From the NCBI GenBank assembly GCA_963749075.1, contig CAVVLJ010000016.1, positions 320,001 to 384,000 on the forward strand: DNA of 64,000 nucleotides, read 5' to 3'. A model generated the notes under the pieces. That model did not search any database, had not been told where the DNA came from, and saw only the letters and a program-made list of their open reading frames with translations. The position numbers and the translations under genes were made by a program. Source of the stretch: an uncultured Pseudomonadota bacterium (GTDB taxonomy: Bacteria; Pseudomonadota; Alphaproteobacteria; JACZXZ01). Shown in pieces: positions 30,576-40,971 of this stretch (within the stretch, counting starts at the first letter, position 1; every line of letters begins with the position of its first letter).

Positions 30576-30652
30576 CGGGGAGTAGCTCAGCCTGGTAGAG
30601 CACCACGTTCGGGACGTGGGGGCCGGAGGTTCGAATCCTCTCTCCCCGACCA
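30576..30652 (+). tRNA. tRNA-Pro(CGG), copy 2
   Basis: Sequence identical to 29201-29277 over all 77 nt. Confidence 0.96.
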
Positions 30653-30936
30653 AGCGGCGCAATTTTTCCCTATAGAGCAATTGCCGAGGGCTTTTGCGGT
30701 CATCTATCCGCTCCGGCAGCCCGGGCACCCGAGCTGTGACGGCGGGCCCCCGGGGTGCGCCTCAAGCGGCAGGCGCCTCGACCGAACCCGGCCTTGGCGC
30801 GCGAGCCGCTGAGCGGGCCAGAGAGAACGTCACGCCGAGTGGGCTCAGAGCTGCGACCGCGCAAGCCGCCGGGGCAGGTGAAGGCAACGTGCGAGCCGCG
30901 CTCGACAGCAACTGCGGGCAGCCGTAGAGTAGTGTC

Positions 30937-31164
30937 ATGGCTGAGGCACCTGAAAGCCTCGTTTTGACCTTCCTGCGGCGCCTCGACGAGAAGGTCGACC
31001 GGGTGCTCGGCGATATCGCGGACTTGAAGCACCGCATGACCTCGCTCGAGGGTCAGATGGCGGGCGTGCGGAGCGACATGGCCGGCATGTCCGGGCGTAT
31101 CGACCGTATCGAGGTCCGGCTAGACCGGATCGAGCGCCGCCTCGAGCTTCTGCCGGCTTCCTAA
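30937..31164 (+). CDS. Small coiled-coil hypothetical protein
   Basis: Heptad-like LRRLDEKVDRV...RIDRIEVRLDRIERRLEL. Confidence 0.7.
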   Translation: MAEAPESLVLTFLRRLDEKVDRVLGDIADLKHRMTSLEGQMAGVRSDMAGMSGRIDRIEVRLDRIERRLELLPAS

Positions 31165-31398
31165 AGCACGGCTGCGGACGTTGCGCCCTCGGGGTGGCGG
31201 CCCGCTATGGTCTCGATTTCCTGAAGGATCACGCCCATGGCCGCGTGCGCAGGGCCCTCCACCCAGGTTCGCCGCCAAGGCCTGATCTGCCGCGTCGAAG
31301 TCCAGCTCGCCCGCATCGAGGATGCCATGCAGCGGATCACGCGAGCGCAGGTCGAGGCCGGCAAGGTCGAGATAAGCGGTATCGTCACGGGGAAGCGC

Positions 31399-31692
31399 AT
31401 GCGGCCGGTTCCGCCTGGCGAGATCCTGCTCGAGGAGTTCATGAAACCCGTCGGGCTCAGCGCGAATGCGCTTGCCCTAGCACTCCGGGTGCCCACCACC
31501 CGCATCGGCGCCATCATCCGCAAGGAGAGCCCGCGCTCCATCACCGCCGATACCGCCATGCGGCTCGGGCGCTACTTCGGCAGCTCGGCTGAATTCTGGC
31601 TCAATCTGCAAACCCATTACGACCTCGAGGGCGCGCGCCGCCAAAACGGCAAGGCGATCGAGCGCGACGTGCGGCGGCGCGAGGCGGCATAG
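31399..31692 (+). CDS. HigA/VapI-family antitoxin (orphan)
   Basis: PPGEILLEEFMKP, ITADTAMRLGRYFG and FWLNLQTHYDL motifs; start uncertain. Confidence 0.85.
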   Translation: MRPVPPGEILLEEFMKPVGLSANALALALRVPTTRIGAIIRKESPRSITADTAMRLGRYFGSSAEFWLNLQTHYDLEGARRQNGKAIERDVRRREAA

Positions 31693-31801
31693 CGCGCTCT
31701 ACGGACGGACGGCGCTCGTCGGCGCGCTCGCGGCCCCGTATCCGGTATCCGCTGGAGAGCATATTAGCATCTACCGACCCACCCGCCTCCAAGGAGCCGC
31801 G

Positions 31802-32257
31802 ATGCGCGTGATCGGCCTCATGCTCTCTTGCCTCCTCCTTGCGAGCTGCGCCGCCTCCGAGCCGGCAGCTCAGGCGCCGGCGGCGCGCGCCGCGGCCGTG
31901 CTTCCCCCCGACCTCAAGGAGTGGGGCGATACCGAGATCTGCCGGGCGGCCGCGCGGGCGCCGGACCGCGAGGTGCTTGCCGAGGCGGCGCGGCGCGGGC
32001 TCGGCGATTGCACGGCCGGTCACTTGCGCTGCCGCGTCAACGGCTACCAGCCGGGGAGCGATGCCTATCGCGCCTGCCGGCAATATCTCGCGGAGATGGA
32101 GGCGTTGGCCGAAGGCAGGGATGTCCGCCTGCCGCTCGGGATCGAGAGGCTGCCGAGCGCGGGCCCGGCCGGCAGCGGCAAGACCATGAGCTATGCCTTC
32201 CCCGACGGCCGGCGGCTCAGCTGCACCACCCTGGTCAATTTCATCTCGTGCTTCTAG
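31802..32257 (+). CDS. Cys-rich putative lipoprotein
   Basis: AAGGAG RBS; lipobox LLLASC; C...GYQPGSDAYRAC motif. Confidence 0.7.
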   Translation: MRVIGLMLSCLLLASCAASEPAAQAPAARAAAVLPPDLKEWGDTEICRAAARAPDREVLAEAARRGLGDCTAGHLRCRVNGYQPGSDAYRACRQYLAEMEALAEGRDVRLPLGIERLPSAGPAGSGKTMSYAFPDGRRLSCTTLVNFISCF

Positions 32258-32344
32258 GGCGGATTTCGCTCAAGCCGAATTGCCGACCCGGTCGTCATTC
32301 CCGCGAAAGCGGGAATCCAGCCGCTCTGGACCCCCGCTTTCGCG

Positions 32345-32584
32345 CTAGCAGATGCACAAATCTTGAGGAGGCTTGCAAATCCGCCGTGGGTCCTTCGAGA
32401 CGCGCCCCTTCGGGGCGCTCCTCAGGATGAGGCAAATCTGTGTGTGGCAGAAAGACTTTTCCTCATCCTGAGGAGCGAGCGTAGCGAGCGTCTCGAAGGA
32501 CGCACCGCGGCCGGTCCGAGGCCCCTTTGCAGCGCGCAACATCATGATTTGCCGGTGATCTTAGAAATTGTGTGCATCAACTAG
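32345..32584. mobile_element. MITE (240 bp) inserted into a REP hairpin
   Basis: Ends CTAGCAGATGCACA / TGTGCATCAACTAG; perfect 10-bp duplication CGCTTTCGCG at 32335-32344 and 32585-32594; internal CTCATCCTGAGGAG-type REP pair. Confidence 0.85.
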
Positions 32585-32649
32585 CGCTTTCGCGGGGGTG
32601 ACGCGAGAGGCGGATCCACCTCATCGGGACAAGGTCTCGTAGCACCCGC

Positions 32650-33993
32650 TCAGAAGCGGAAGAAGAGGAGCGTGAGGAGGAGATAGAGCGGTGCCAGCAC
32701 CGCGAGCGCCCAGAGGATGTAGGCAAAGAAGCTCGGCATGGCGATGCCGCGCTCCTCGCAGATCGACTTGACCATGAAGTTGGGCGCGTTGCCCACGTAG
32801 CTGTTGGCGCCCATGAAGACCGCACCCGCCGAGATGGTGGCGAGCGTGCCGGCGAGCGGGCCCATGAGCTGAGCCGCGTCGCCGCCGGCCGTGTTGAAGA
32901 ACATGAGATAGGTCGGCGCATTGTCGAGCACGCTCGAGAGCCCGCCCGTGAGCCAGAAGTAGAGCGCCTCGATCGGCCGGCCGCCGGCGCCGCTCACGAG
33001 GCCAACCAGCGGTGCGAGCGCGCCTTCGCTGCCGGCGCGGAGGATGGCGACCGCCGGGATGATGGTGAGGAAGAGGCCGGCGAAGAGCTTGGCCACCTCG
33101 AGCATCGGAAACCACGAGAAGCCGTTCGCCTGGTGGATGGTGGCGTGGGTGATGCGCAACGAGACGACCGTCACGGCCACGAGGATGAGGTCGCGCAGCA
33201 GGTTCTCGAGCTCGAGCTCGCTGCCGAGCACCGTGAAGCGCACGCCCGAGTCCCAAGCGCCGCTCATCAGCACGGCCCCTACCACCACGGCGAGGAGCGC
33301 GAGATTGCGCTTGCCCGCGAGCGTTAGCGGCACGACGCGCCTCTCTGGAGGCGGTGTCTCGCGGCGGTAATGCCGGCGGTCGATGACGAAGAAGAGCGGG
33401 AAAAGCACGGCCAAGAGCACGGCCGTGGGGGCGAGGAGGTGAAGCGCCGGCCAGAAGAAGCCGACGCCCGCGAGGAAGCCGAGGAAGAGCGGCGGATCGC
33501 CGAGCGGCGTGAGCGCGCCGCCGATGTTGCAGACGAGGAAGATGAAGAAGACGAAGACATGCACCGGCGCCCGGCGCCAGGCATTGGCCGCGATGAGCGG
33601 GCGTATGAGCAGCACCGCGGCACCCGTCGTGCCGGCGACGCTCGCGAGCGCCGTGCCGAGGGCCAGGAGTGCCGTATTGGAGGCGGGGCTGCCGGTGAAG
33701 CCGCCCTCGATGCGCACGCCGCCCGCCACCGTGAAGAGCGCGAGAAGCAGGATGACGAAGGGCAGGTACTCGAGGAAAAACGTGTGCGCGATCTCGTGGG
33801 CCGTCAGTGCCAAGCCATAGCGCGAGGCGAGAGGAAGGAGGAACGCGAGCGCCCAGAACGCCGCGATCTTGCCGTAGTGGCGGTGCCAGAAATGCTGTGC
33901 CAGGAGCGGCAGCAGGGCGATCGAGAGGAGGAGGCCGGCGAAGGGCAGGCACCAGAGGAGGCCGAGGCCGCGGCCGTCGAGTGCCGGCGCCAT
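32650..33993 (-). CDS. Sodium:proton antiporter (IT-superfamily membrane protein)
   Basis: Many TM segments; GTTGAAVLLIRP, NIGGALTPLGDPPLFLGF, LDNAPTY and YVGNAPNFMVK motifs. Confidence 0.88.
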   Translation of the reverse strand: MAPALDGRGLGLLWCLPFAGLLLSIALLPLLAQHFWHRHYGKIAAFWALAFLLPLASRYGLALTAHEIAHTFFLEYLPFVILLLALFTVAGGVRIEGGFTGSPASNTALLALGTALASVAGTTGAAVLLIRPLIAANAWRRAPVHVFVFFIFLVCNIGGALTPLGDPPLFLGFLAGVGFFWPALHLLAPTAVLLAVLFPLFFVIDRRHYRRETPPPERRVVPLTLAGKRNLALLAVVVGAVLMSGAWDSGVRFTVLGSELELENLLRDLILVAVTVVSLRITHATIHQANGFSWFPMLEVAKLFAGLFLTIIPAVAILRAGSEGALAPLVGLVSGAGGRPIEALYFWLTGGLSSVLDNAPTYLMFFNTAGGDAAQLMGPLAGTLATISAGAVFMGANSYVGNAPNFMVKSICEERGIAMPSFFAYILWALAVLAPLYLLLTLLFFRF

Positions 33994-34012
33994 CGCGCGT
34001 CCGCCGCCAGCC

Positions 34013-35036
34013 TCAATAGGCGCGCTGGATGCAGAAGTCGATGAGCTCGACGAGCGCGCGCTTCTCGCCCGAGTCGGGGAAGATGCCGAGCGCGTCGCGC
34101 GCGATCGAGCCGTAGTGCCGCGCGCGGGCGACGGTGTCGCGCAGCGCCGCGTGGCGCTCCATGAGCTCGATGGCCTCCTCGAGGTCGCCCGGCTTCTGCT
34201 CGAGCTCCTCGAGGGTGCGCCGCCAGAAGGCGCGCTCCGCCTCGCTGCCGCGGCGGAAGGCGAGCACGATGGGAAGCGTGATCTTGCCGTCGCGGAAGTC
34301 GTCGCCGACGTTCTTGCCGAGCTTCTCCAGGCGCGCGGAATAGTCGAGCACGTCGTCGACGAGCTGGAAGGCGATGCCGAGGTTGAGCCCGTAGCTGTCG
34401 AGCGCCTCGGCCTCGACGCGCGGCCGCTCGGCGACGAGTGCTCCGATCTCGCAGGCGGCGGCGAAGAGGGTGGCGGTCTTGGCGCGGATCACCTCGAGGT
34501 AGGCGGTCTCGCTCGTCGCCGTGTCGTTGGCGGTGATGAGCTGGTGCACCTCGCCCTCGGCGATCACCGCGGAGGCGTTCGAGAGGATGCGCAGAGACGT
34601 CGAGCGAGCCGTCCTCGACCATGAGCTGGAAGGCGCGGCTGAAGAGGAAATCGCCGACCAGCACACTCGCCTTGTTGCCCCACACGGCGTTGGCGGTGGC
34701 GAGGCCGCGGCGGCGGTCGCTCTCGTCCACCACGTCGTCGTGCAGCAGCGTCGCCGTGTGGATGAACTCGACGCAGGCGGCGAGCCGCACGTGGCGCTTG
34801 CCCTCGTAGCCGCAGAGCCTGGCCGCGGCCAGCGTCAGCATGGGCCGCAAGCGCTTGCCGCCCGCCGCCACGATATGGCCGGCGAGCTGCGGGATGAGCG
34901 CCACCGGGCTCGCCATACGCTGGAGGATGACCTCGTTGACCTGCTGCATGCCAGGGGCGACGAGGGCCTGCAGGCGCGCCAAGGCGGCCTCGGGTCCCTT
35001 GTCCCGCCCTTCCTCGAGATTGACGATGACGGCCAC
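34013..35036 (-). CDS. ispB: Polyprenyl (octa/decaprenyl) diphosphate synthase with an apparent one-base insertion near 34595
   Basis: GGKRLRP, HTATLLHDDVVD, KTATLF, FQLVDDVLDY and GKNVGDDFRDGK split across two frames. Confidence 0.9.
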
Positions 35037-35196
35037 GATCCCTTCTCGTCCTGCTTGACGCGGTGGAGCCTGACGGGGAGCATAGACCCCGGGCGGTGGC
35101 GGTCAAGTTGCCTCTCGCCGCATGACCAGCGCCGTGCTTGCGTATCAGCCCTGGGGCGCCCGTCTGCAGCGCCGGACCAGGACCGAGGAGGGCGGC

Positions 35197-35415
35197 TTGA
35201 AGGAGCTTTTGCGGACCAACGACCCGGTGCTGCTCTCCTTCGCCACGGCGCTCCTCGCCGGGCAGCACATCGAGGCCGTGGTCCTCGACGGCCACACCAG
35301 CGTGCTCGAGGGCAGCGTGGGCGCCATCGCGCGGCGGCTCATGGTGGCGGACGACGACCATGCGCGCGCCAAGCGCGTCATCGAGGAGGCCGGCGGGCTG
35401 CCGAGGGATGGCTGA
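35197..35415 (+). CDS. DUF2007-family small protein
   Basis: TTG start after GGAGG; KELLRTNDPVLLSF...SVLEGSVGAIARRLMV. Confidence 0.8.
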   Translation: MKELLRTNDPVLLSFATALLAGQHIEAVVLDGHTSVLEGSVGAIARRLMVADDDHARAKRVIEEAGGLPRDG

Positions 35416-36151
35416 GGAGGAGGTGACCGCGGACGCGCTGCTCGGCGGCCGCGTGCGGCTCACCCAGCTCGCCGCGGGCTACCGGGTCGCCATCGATCCG
35501 GTGCTGCTGGCCGCATCCGTGCCCGCGCGCGAGGGCGAGCACGTGCTCGACGTGGGCACCGGCGTGGGGGCAGCCGCCCTCTGCCTGGCGCGGCGCGTTC
35601 CCGGCTGCCGCATCGCCGGCCTCGAGCTGCAGCGCGCCATGGTGCGCCTCGCCAACGACAATGCGGCGCTCAACGGGCTCGAGGACCGCGTCGTGGTCAT
35701 GGAGGGCGATCTCCTGCGCCCGCCGCCGCGCCTCGCCCCCGGCAGCTTCGACCACGTCATGACCAATCCGCCCCACCTCGAGCCCGGCCACGGCACCGCC
35801 TCGCCGTCGCCGGGCAAGCAGGCAGCACACGTCGAGGGCGAGGCCCAGCTCGGCGCCTGGATCGCCTTCTGCCTCCGCATGGTGCAGCCCAAGGGCAGCG
35901 TCACGGTGATCCACCGCGCCGACCGCCTCGATGCCGTGCTGGCGGCATTCCATCGCAAGGCGGGCGAGATCGTCGTCTTTCCCCTCTGGCCGGCGGACGG
36001 CCGCTCGGCGAAGCGCGTCATCGTGCGCGCGCGCAAGGACATCGAGACGCCGACGCGACTCTCGGGCGGCCTCGTGCTGCATCGCCCCGACGGCGGCTTC
36101 ACCGCGGCCGCGGAGGCCGTCTTGCGCGAGGGTGCTGCGCTCGAGCTCTGA
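35408..36151 (+). CDS. tRNA1(Val) A37 N6-methyltransferase-like SAM methyltransferase
   Basis: GYRVAIDPVLLAA, VLDVGTGVG and FDHVMTNPP motifs. Confidence 0.88.
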   Translation: MAEEEVTADALLGGRVRLTQLAAGYRVAIDPVLLAASVPAREGEHVLDVGTGVGAAALCLARRVPGCRIAGLELQRAMVRLANDNAALNGLEDRVVVMEGDLLRPPPRLAPGSFDHVMTNPPHLEPGHGTASPSPGKQAAHVEGEAQLGAWIAFCLRMVQPKGSVTVIHRADRLDAVLAAFHRKAGEIVVFPLWPADGRSAKRVIVRARKDIETPTRLSGGLVLHRPDGGFTAAAEAVLREGAALEL

Positions 36152-36198
36152 GGGGGGCCGAGGTTGGCAGGGAACGCGCCGCGGCCTATCTTGCTGCC

Positions 36199-37068
36199 AT
36201 GGCGCTCGCGACTTGGCTCGATCGACTGCCTTTGGGCGGCCTGCGCAAGGCGGCACCGCAAGTGGCCGTGCTGCGTCTCGCGGGCGCCATCGGCCCCGTG
36301 GGCCCGTGGCGCGGCGGACTTGGCTTGGCCTCGCTCGCCGCACCCATCGAGCGCGCCTTCGGCCTGAAGCCGCTCGCGGCCGTGGCGCTTGCCATCAACT
36401 CGCCCGGCGGGGCTGCCACCCAGTTGGCCCTCATCGCCGGCCGCATCCGCCAATTTGCCGAGGAGAAGAAAGTGCCGGTGCTCGCCTTCGTCGAGGATGT
36501 GGCGGCCTCCGGCGGCTATTGGCTCGCCACCGCGGCGGACGAGATCTATGCGAGCGAAACCTCGATCGTCGGCTCGATTGGCGTCATCTCGTCGGGCTTC
36601 GGCCTCAACGAGTTCATCGAGCGCTTCGGCATCCGCCGCCGCCTCTACACGGCCGGCGAGCGCAAATCGCTGCTCGATCCCTTCCTTGCCGAGAAGCCCG
36701 AGGATGTGGCGCGCTTGAAGGCGCTGCAGGGCGACATCCACGAGGCCTTCAAGGCGCAAGTGCGCTTACGCCGCGGCGCCAAGCTCAAGCGGCCGGAAGA
36801 GGAGCTCTTCTCGGGCGAGTTCTGGACCGGCCGCAAGGCGCTCGAGCTCGGCCTCGTCGACGGCATCGGCGAGCTGCGCGGGACGCTCCGCCAGCGCTTC
36901 GGCGAGAAGGTTCGCCTCACCCCCGTGGGCGGCGAGCGCAGCTGGCTGCGCCGCCGGCTCGGGCTCCCGTCAGGCGGCGGCTTTGCTGCCGAGACGGGAA
37001 CCGAGTGGGCGCCCGAGCTCTTGGCCGCACTCGAGGCGAAGGCGCTCTGGAGCCGCTACGGCCTCTGA
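36199..37068 (+). CDS. S49 family peptidase (SppA/SohB-like)
   Basis: INSPGG, DVAASGGYWLA, GSIGVI and FSGEFWTG motifs. Confidence 0.92.
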   Translation: MALATWLDRLPLGGLRKAAPQVAVLRLAGAIGPVGPWRGGLGLASLAAPIERAFGLKPLAAVALAINSPGGAATQLALIAGRIRQFAEEKKVPVLAFVEDVAASGGYWLATAADEIYASETSIVGSIGVISSGFGLNEFIERFGIRRRLYTAGERKSLLDPFLAEKPEDVARLKALQGDIHEAFKAQVRLRRGAKLKRPEEELFSGEFWTGRKALELGLVDGIGELRGTLRQRFGEKVRLTPVGGERSWLRRRLGLPSGGGFAAETGTEWAPELLAALEAKALWSRYGL

Positions 37069-37077
37069 AGGCCCCGT

Positions 37078-37860
37078 CTACTGCATGAACCAGCCGTGGC
37101 TCACCACGACCGACTGCCCGGTCAAGGCATTGCTCGGGAAGGCGGCGAGGAAGACCGCGAGGTCGGCCACGTCCTGCAGAGTGGTGAACTCGCCGTCGAC
37201 GGTCTCGCCGAGCATGACCTTCTTGACGACCTCCTCCTCGCTGATGCCGAGCTCCTTGGCCTGCTCGGGGATCTGGCGCTCGACGAGGGGCGTGCGCACG
37301 AAGCCGGGGCAGATCACGTTGGCGCGCACGCCGTGCGCCGCACCCTCCTTCGCCACCGTCTTGCAGAGGCCGATGAGGGCGTGCTTGGCCGAGACGTAGG
37401 GCGCCTTGAGCGGCGAGGCCTCGTGGGAATGCACCGAGCCCATGTAGATGATGGAGCCGCCGCGCCCGGCCTTGTACATGACGCGGAGTGCGGCCCGGGT
37501 CACGAGGAAGCCGCCGTCGAGGTGGATGGCGACGACCTTGCGCCAGTCGGCGAAAGCGAGCTTGTCGATCGGGTCGATGTGCTGGATGCCCGCGTTGCTC
37601 ACCATCACGTCGAGGCCGCCGAAGGTCTTGACCACCATCTCGACGGCGCCGTCGACCTCGGCCTCCTTGGTCACGTCCATGCGCAGCCCGATCGCCTTGC
37701 CGCCGCCGGCGCCGATCTCCTTGGCGACCACATTGGCGCCGTCGAGGTTCATGTCGGCGATGCCCACCTTGGCCCCCTCGCGTGCAAAGGCGAGCGCTAT
37801 CTCGCGCCCGATGCCGCTCGCGGAACCGGTGACGACGGCGACTTTGTCCTTCATCTGCAT
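37078..37860 (-). CDS. bdhA: 3-hydroxybutyrate dehydrogenase
   Basis: [44 protein letters not shown] and VSHGWFMQ motifs. Confidence 0.92.
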   Translation of the reverse strand: MQMKDKVAVVTGSASGIGREIALAFAREGAKVGIADMNLDGANVVAKEIGAGGGKAIGLRMDVTKEAEVDGAVEMVVKTFGGLDVMVSNAGIQHIDPIDKLAFADWRKVVAIHLDGGFLVTRAALRVMYKAGRGGSIIYMGSVHSHEASPLKAPYVSAKHALIGLCKTVAKEGAAHGVRANVICPGFVRTPLVERQIPEQAKELGISEEEVVKKVMLGETVDGEFTTLQDVADLAVFLAAFPSNALTGQSVVVSHGWFMQ

Positions 37861-37907
37861 ATCGGCTCTCCTCGTTGTCCCTTGTTGTCCATTCTCCGGG
37901 CAGGCGT

Positions 37908-39059
37908 TCAGCTCCGCGGCCCCCGGTCCTTCCTCGGCTGAGCGCTTTCGTAGATGCGCACGGCGTCGGGCCGGCCCGCGGGCGCGCACCAGCCGCGCGA
38001 TCCGAGGAGGTGCTTGGCCTGGGCGTAGCCTTGCGCCTGGTGCCGCGCCACGGAGGAGCGCGAGAACTCGTAGTCCTTGGAGGCGAGCTCGAAGGCCGCC
38101 TCCTGGTAGACGAGATGCAGGATGTCGATGGCGTGCGGGCAGCCGAGCGACTGCACCTGCAGCCACAGGCCCTCGGGGTCGCCGTCGACCGGCAGCTTGC
38201 GGTAGAGCCGGTCGACGAGCGCGCGCAGCTCGTTGATGCGCTCGAAGGCGCGGATGTGCTGCGTGGCGCGGCTCGCGTAGGTGATGTCCTTGAGCCGCCC
38301 CTCGACCTCGAAGATCGTCTTGGGCTCGTGCCCTTGCGGATTCCACAGGTCGACGACGAGGATGAGCCAGTCCGCTTCCGGTGGGGTGTCGAGCAGCACC
38401 TCGAGCGGCGTGTTCGAGACGATGCCGCCGTCCCAGTAGAACGTGCCGTCGATCGCCACGGGCGGGAAGGCCGGCGGCAAGGCGCCGCTCGCCATCACGT
38501 GCTCCGGGCCGATCTTGCGCTCGTGGTTGTCGAAATAGACGGTCTTGCCGGTCTCCACCTCGACGGCACCGAGGCTCAAGCGCATCTCGCGCGCATTGAT
38601 GCGATCGAAATCGACCAGCCGCTCGAGCGTGCTCTTAAGGGGCGTCGTATCGTAATAGCTGATTGCCGCGGGCCCGCCCGGCGGGGCTGCGCTCGGCGGC
38701 ACCACGCGGGGCACGAAGAAGCCCGGCTGGCCGGTGAGCGCCGTGCGCTGGGCGCTCCAGTAGCTATAGAGCTGGCGCGCGCCGACGAGGCTCGCGTGCG
38801 GGGCGAAGGGGTCGGAGGTGGAGACGAGGTCCCAGAACTCGTCGAGCCGCTCATGGCCGCGCTCCCGCTCGTTGCCGGCGATGATCGCCGCATTGATGGC
38901 GCCGATCGAGGTGCCGGCCAGCCAGGCGGGCTTGAGGCCGAGCTCGCAGAGCGCTTTGTAGGCGCCCACCTGGTAGGCACCGAGCGCGCCGCCGCCCTGG
39001 AGCACGAGGGCGAGCGGGCGATCGCTGCGCGCGGCTGGAAGGGGGGCGCTCTCGTTCAT
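37908..39059 (-). CDS. Patatin-like phospholipase/esterase (DUF3734 type)
   Basis: [14 protein letters not shown] and DGGIVSNTP motifs; co-oriented upstream of bdhA. Confidence 0.9.
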   Translation of the reverse strand: MNESAPLPAARSDRPLALVLQGGGALGAYQVGAYKALCELGLKPAWLAGTSIGAINAAIIAGNERERGHERLDEFWDLVSTSDPFAPHASLVGARQLYSYWSAQRTALTGQPGFFVPRVVPPSAAPPGGPAAISYYDTTPLKSTLERLVDFDRINAREMRLSLGAVEVETGKTVYFDNHERKIGPEHVMASGALPPAFPPVAIDGTFYWDGGIVSNTPLEVLLDTPPEADWLILVVDLWNPQGHEPKTIFEVEGRLKDITYASRATQHIRAFERINELRALVDRLYRKLPVDGDPEGLWLQVQSLGCPHAIDILHLVYQEAAFELASKDYEFSRSSVARHQAQGYAQAKHLLGSRGWCAPAGRPDAVRIYESAQPRKDRGPRS

Positions 39060-39394
39060 GGCAGGCTCCGTCCTGGTTGATTTCGCAAGAGCCCGCACCG
39101 GCCGGCAACGGGCAGCCGGCGGGCGATCGCGCCCCGGCTCCCCTTTATGTGGGGAGCCCCATGACCGGATGCTTGCCGCAACATGAAGATTTCGCGGCGG
39201 GTTGCCGCGCAATTCTCCGTGGGACCGGTGTATAATTCGCCGCAACGCTGGAGGAACGGCGATCTGCAGTCGATGCCCCTTTTGATATGGGCACGATGGA
39301 GAAGGCGCTCAAGCGCGCGCGAGGCGGCTCGGCAGCGCTGCGGAGGAGGGCGGTTTCCCTTGACCGCGCCCGCCGCCGCAGCCTAGATGGCGCC

Positions 39395-39658
39395 ATGTTC
39401 GCCTTCTCGCTCAGCAAGCTCGTCGTCCTCGTGGGCATCGTGGTGGCGGTGGTCTACGGCTCCAAGCTCCTCGCCCGCTTCCAGGAGATGCGCGAGGCCG
39501 AGGCCCGGCGCCGTCAGAAGGATGCGCGCATGGCCGGCGGCGGCGGTGCCGCGCTCGGCGACGTCGAGGAGACCGTGCGCTGCCGCGTGTGCAACGCCTA
39601 CGTGCCGCAGCAGGGTGCGACGAGCTGCGGCCAGCCGGGCTGCCCCTACGGCCGCTAG
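39395..39658 (+). CDS. Small membrane-anchored protein with a C-terminal Cys cluster
   Basis: MFAFSLSKLVVL TM segment; CRVCNAYV...CGQPGCP. Confidence 0.7.
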   Translation: MFAFSLSKLVVLVGIVVAVVYGSKLLARFQEMREAEARRRQKDARMAGGGGAALGDVEETVRCRVCNAYVPQQGATSCGQPGCPYGR

Positions 39659-39670
39659 GAGCGGGTCGCC

Positions 39671-40561
39671 ATGGCTACCGCGCGAGCCTCGTCAAGGAGC
39701 TTCCAGTCGCTCATCCTGACGCTCCAGCACTATTGGGCGGAGCAGGGCTGCGTCATCCTGCAGCCCTACGACGTGGAGATGGGCGCCGGCACCTTTCATC
39801 CGGCGACCACGCTCCGGAGCCTCGGCCCCGAGCCGTGGCGCGCCGCCTACGTGCAGCCCTCGCGCCGGCCGGGCGACGGGCGCTACGGCGAGAACCCCAA
39901 CCGCCTGCAGCACTATTACCAGTTCCAGGCGATCCTCAAGCCCTCGCCGGCCGACGCCCAGGAGCTCTACCTCGCGAGCCTGGTGCGCCTCGGCATCGAT
40001 CCCAAGCGCCACGACATCCGTTTCGTCGAGGACGACTGGGAGAGCCCGACGCTCGGCGCATGGGGCGTGGGCTGGGAGGTGTGGTGCGACGGCATGGAGG
40101 TCAGTCAATACACCTACTTCCAGCAGGTGGGCGGCATCGATTGCGATCCCGTCTCGGTCGAGTACACCTACGGCCTCGAGCGCCTCGCCATGTACGTGCA
40201 GGGGGTCGAGAGCATCTTCGCGCTCGACTTCAACGGCGCCGCAGGGCCGTCTCGCATGACATACGGCGACGTTTTCCTGCAGAACGAGCGCGAGTTCTCT
40301 GCCTACAACTTCGAGCGCGCCGACACCGGACGCCTCTTCCGCCATTTCGAGGATGCCGAGAAGGAGTGCGCCTCGCTCCTCGATGCCAAGCTCGCGCTGC
40401 CCGCCTACGACCAGTGCATCAAGGCGAGCCACCTCTTCAATCTCCTCGATGCGCGCGGGGTCATCAGCGTGACCGAGCGCCAGGCCTATATCGCGCGCGT
40501 GCGCGCGCTCGCCAAGCAATGCTGCGAGGGCTGGCTCAAGAGCCGCGGGCATTTGAGCTAG
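39671..40561 (+). CDS. glyQ: Glycine--tRNA ligase alpha subunit
   Basis: [42 protein letters not shown] and YGLERLAMY motifs. Confidence 0.97.
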   Translation: MATARASSRSFQSLILTLQHYWAEQGCVILQPYDVEMGAGTFHPATTLRSLGPEPWRAAYVQPSRRPGDGRYGENPNRLQHYYQFQAILKPSPADAQELYLASLVRLGIDPKRHDIRFVEDDWESPTLGAWGVGWEVWCDGMEVSQYTYFQQVGGIDCDPVSVEYTYGLERLAMYVQGVESIFALDFNGAAGPSRMTYGDVFLQNEREFSAYNFERADTGRLFRHFEDAEKECASLLDAKLALPAYDQCIKASHLFNLLDARGVISVTERQAYIARVRALAKQCCEGWLKSRGHLS

Positions 40562-40611
40562 GTATGATCCGATCCGATAGACCCGCGTCTACCGTCACCC
40601 CCGCGAATGCG

Positions 40612-40877
40612 ATAGGTTATGCACGCATCGTCGCGCCGCGCCCAGTCGCGATGAGTCCCTGTTCCACGTCCACGGGAGAAGGCAATAAATCCCTCTCCCG
40701 CTTGCGGGAGAGGGAAGGGGCCCATCCCGAGGGGATGGGAAGGGTGAGGGAACGCCGGATGTCAGCGCTGTCCCTCACCCTCCCACGGCCTTACGGCCGC
40801 GGGCCCCTCCCTCTCCCGCAAGCGGGAGAGGGGCTTAGCGAGACCGGGGCCCTCGGAAAGATGTGCGCCTCAACAAG
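40612..40877. mobile_element. MITE (266 bp) of the same family inserted into a REP hairpin
   Basis: Degenerate ends ATAGGTTATGCACGCAT / ATGTGCGCCTCAACAAG; 10-bp duplication CGCGAATGCG (40602-40611) / CGCGAAAGCG (40878-40887); internal CCCTCTCCCGC-type REP pair. Confidence 0.75.
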
Positions 40878-40971
40878 CGCGAAAGCGGGGGTCCACGGCC
40901 GCTGGATTCCCGCTTTCGCGGGAATGACGAAGAGAGCGGCGATTTCGTTCGAGCGGCTGACGTTCTAAGCC

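Noticed and set aside
29201-32300. Prophage or ICE at tRNA-Pro
   Set aside because: No integrase, structural or conjugation genes are visible.
37078-39059. Patatin plus bdhA pair as a novel system
   Set aside because: A commonly seen pairing consistent with polyhydroxybutyrate/3-hydroxybutyrate mobilisation.
17553-40929. CRISPR array suggested by recurring palindromes
   Set aside because: The repeats are dispersed intergenic hairpins without regular spacers, and no cas genes are present.
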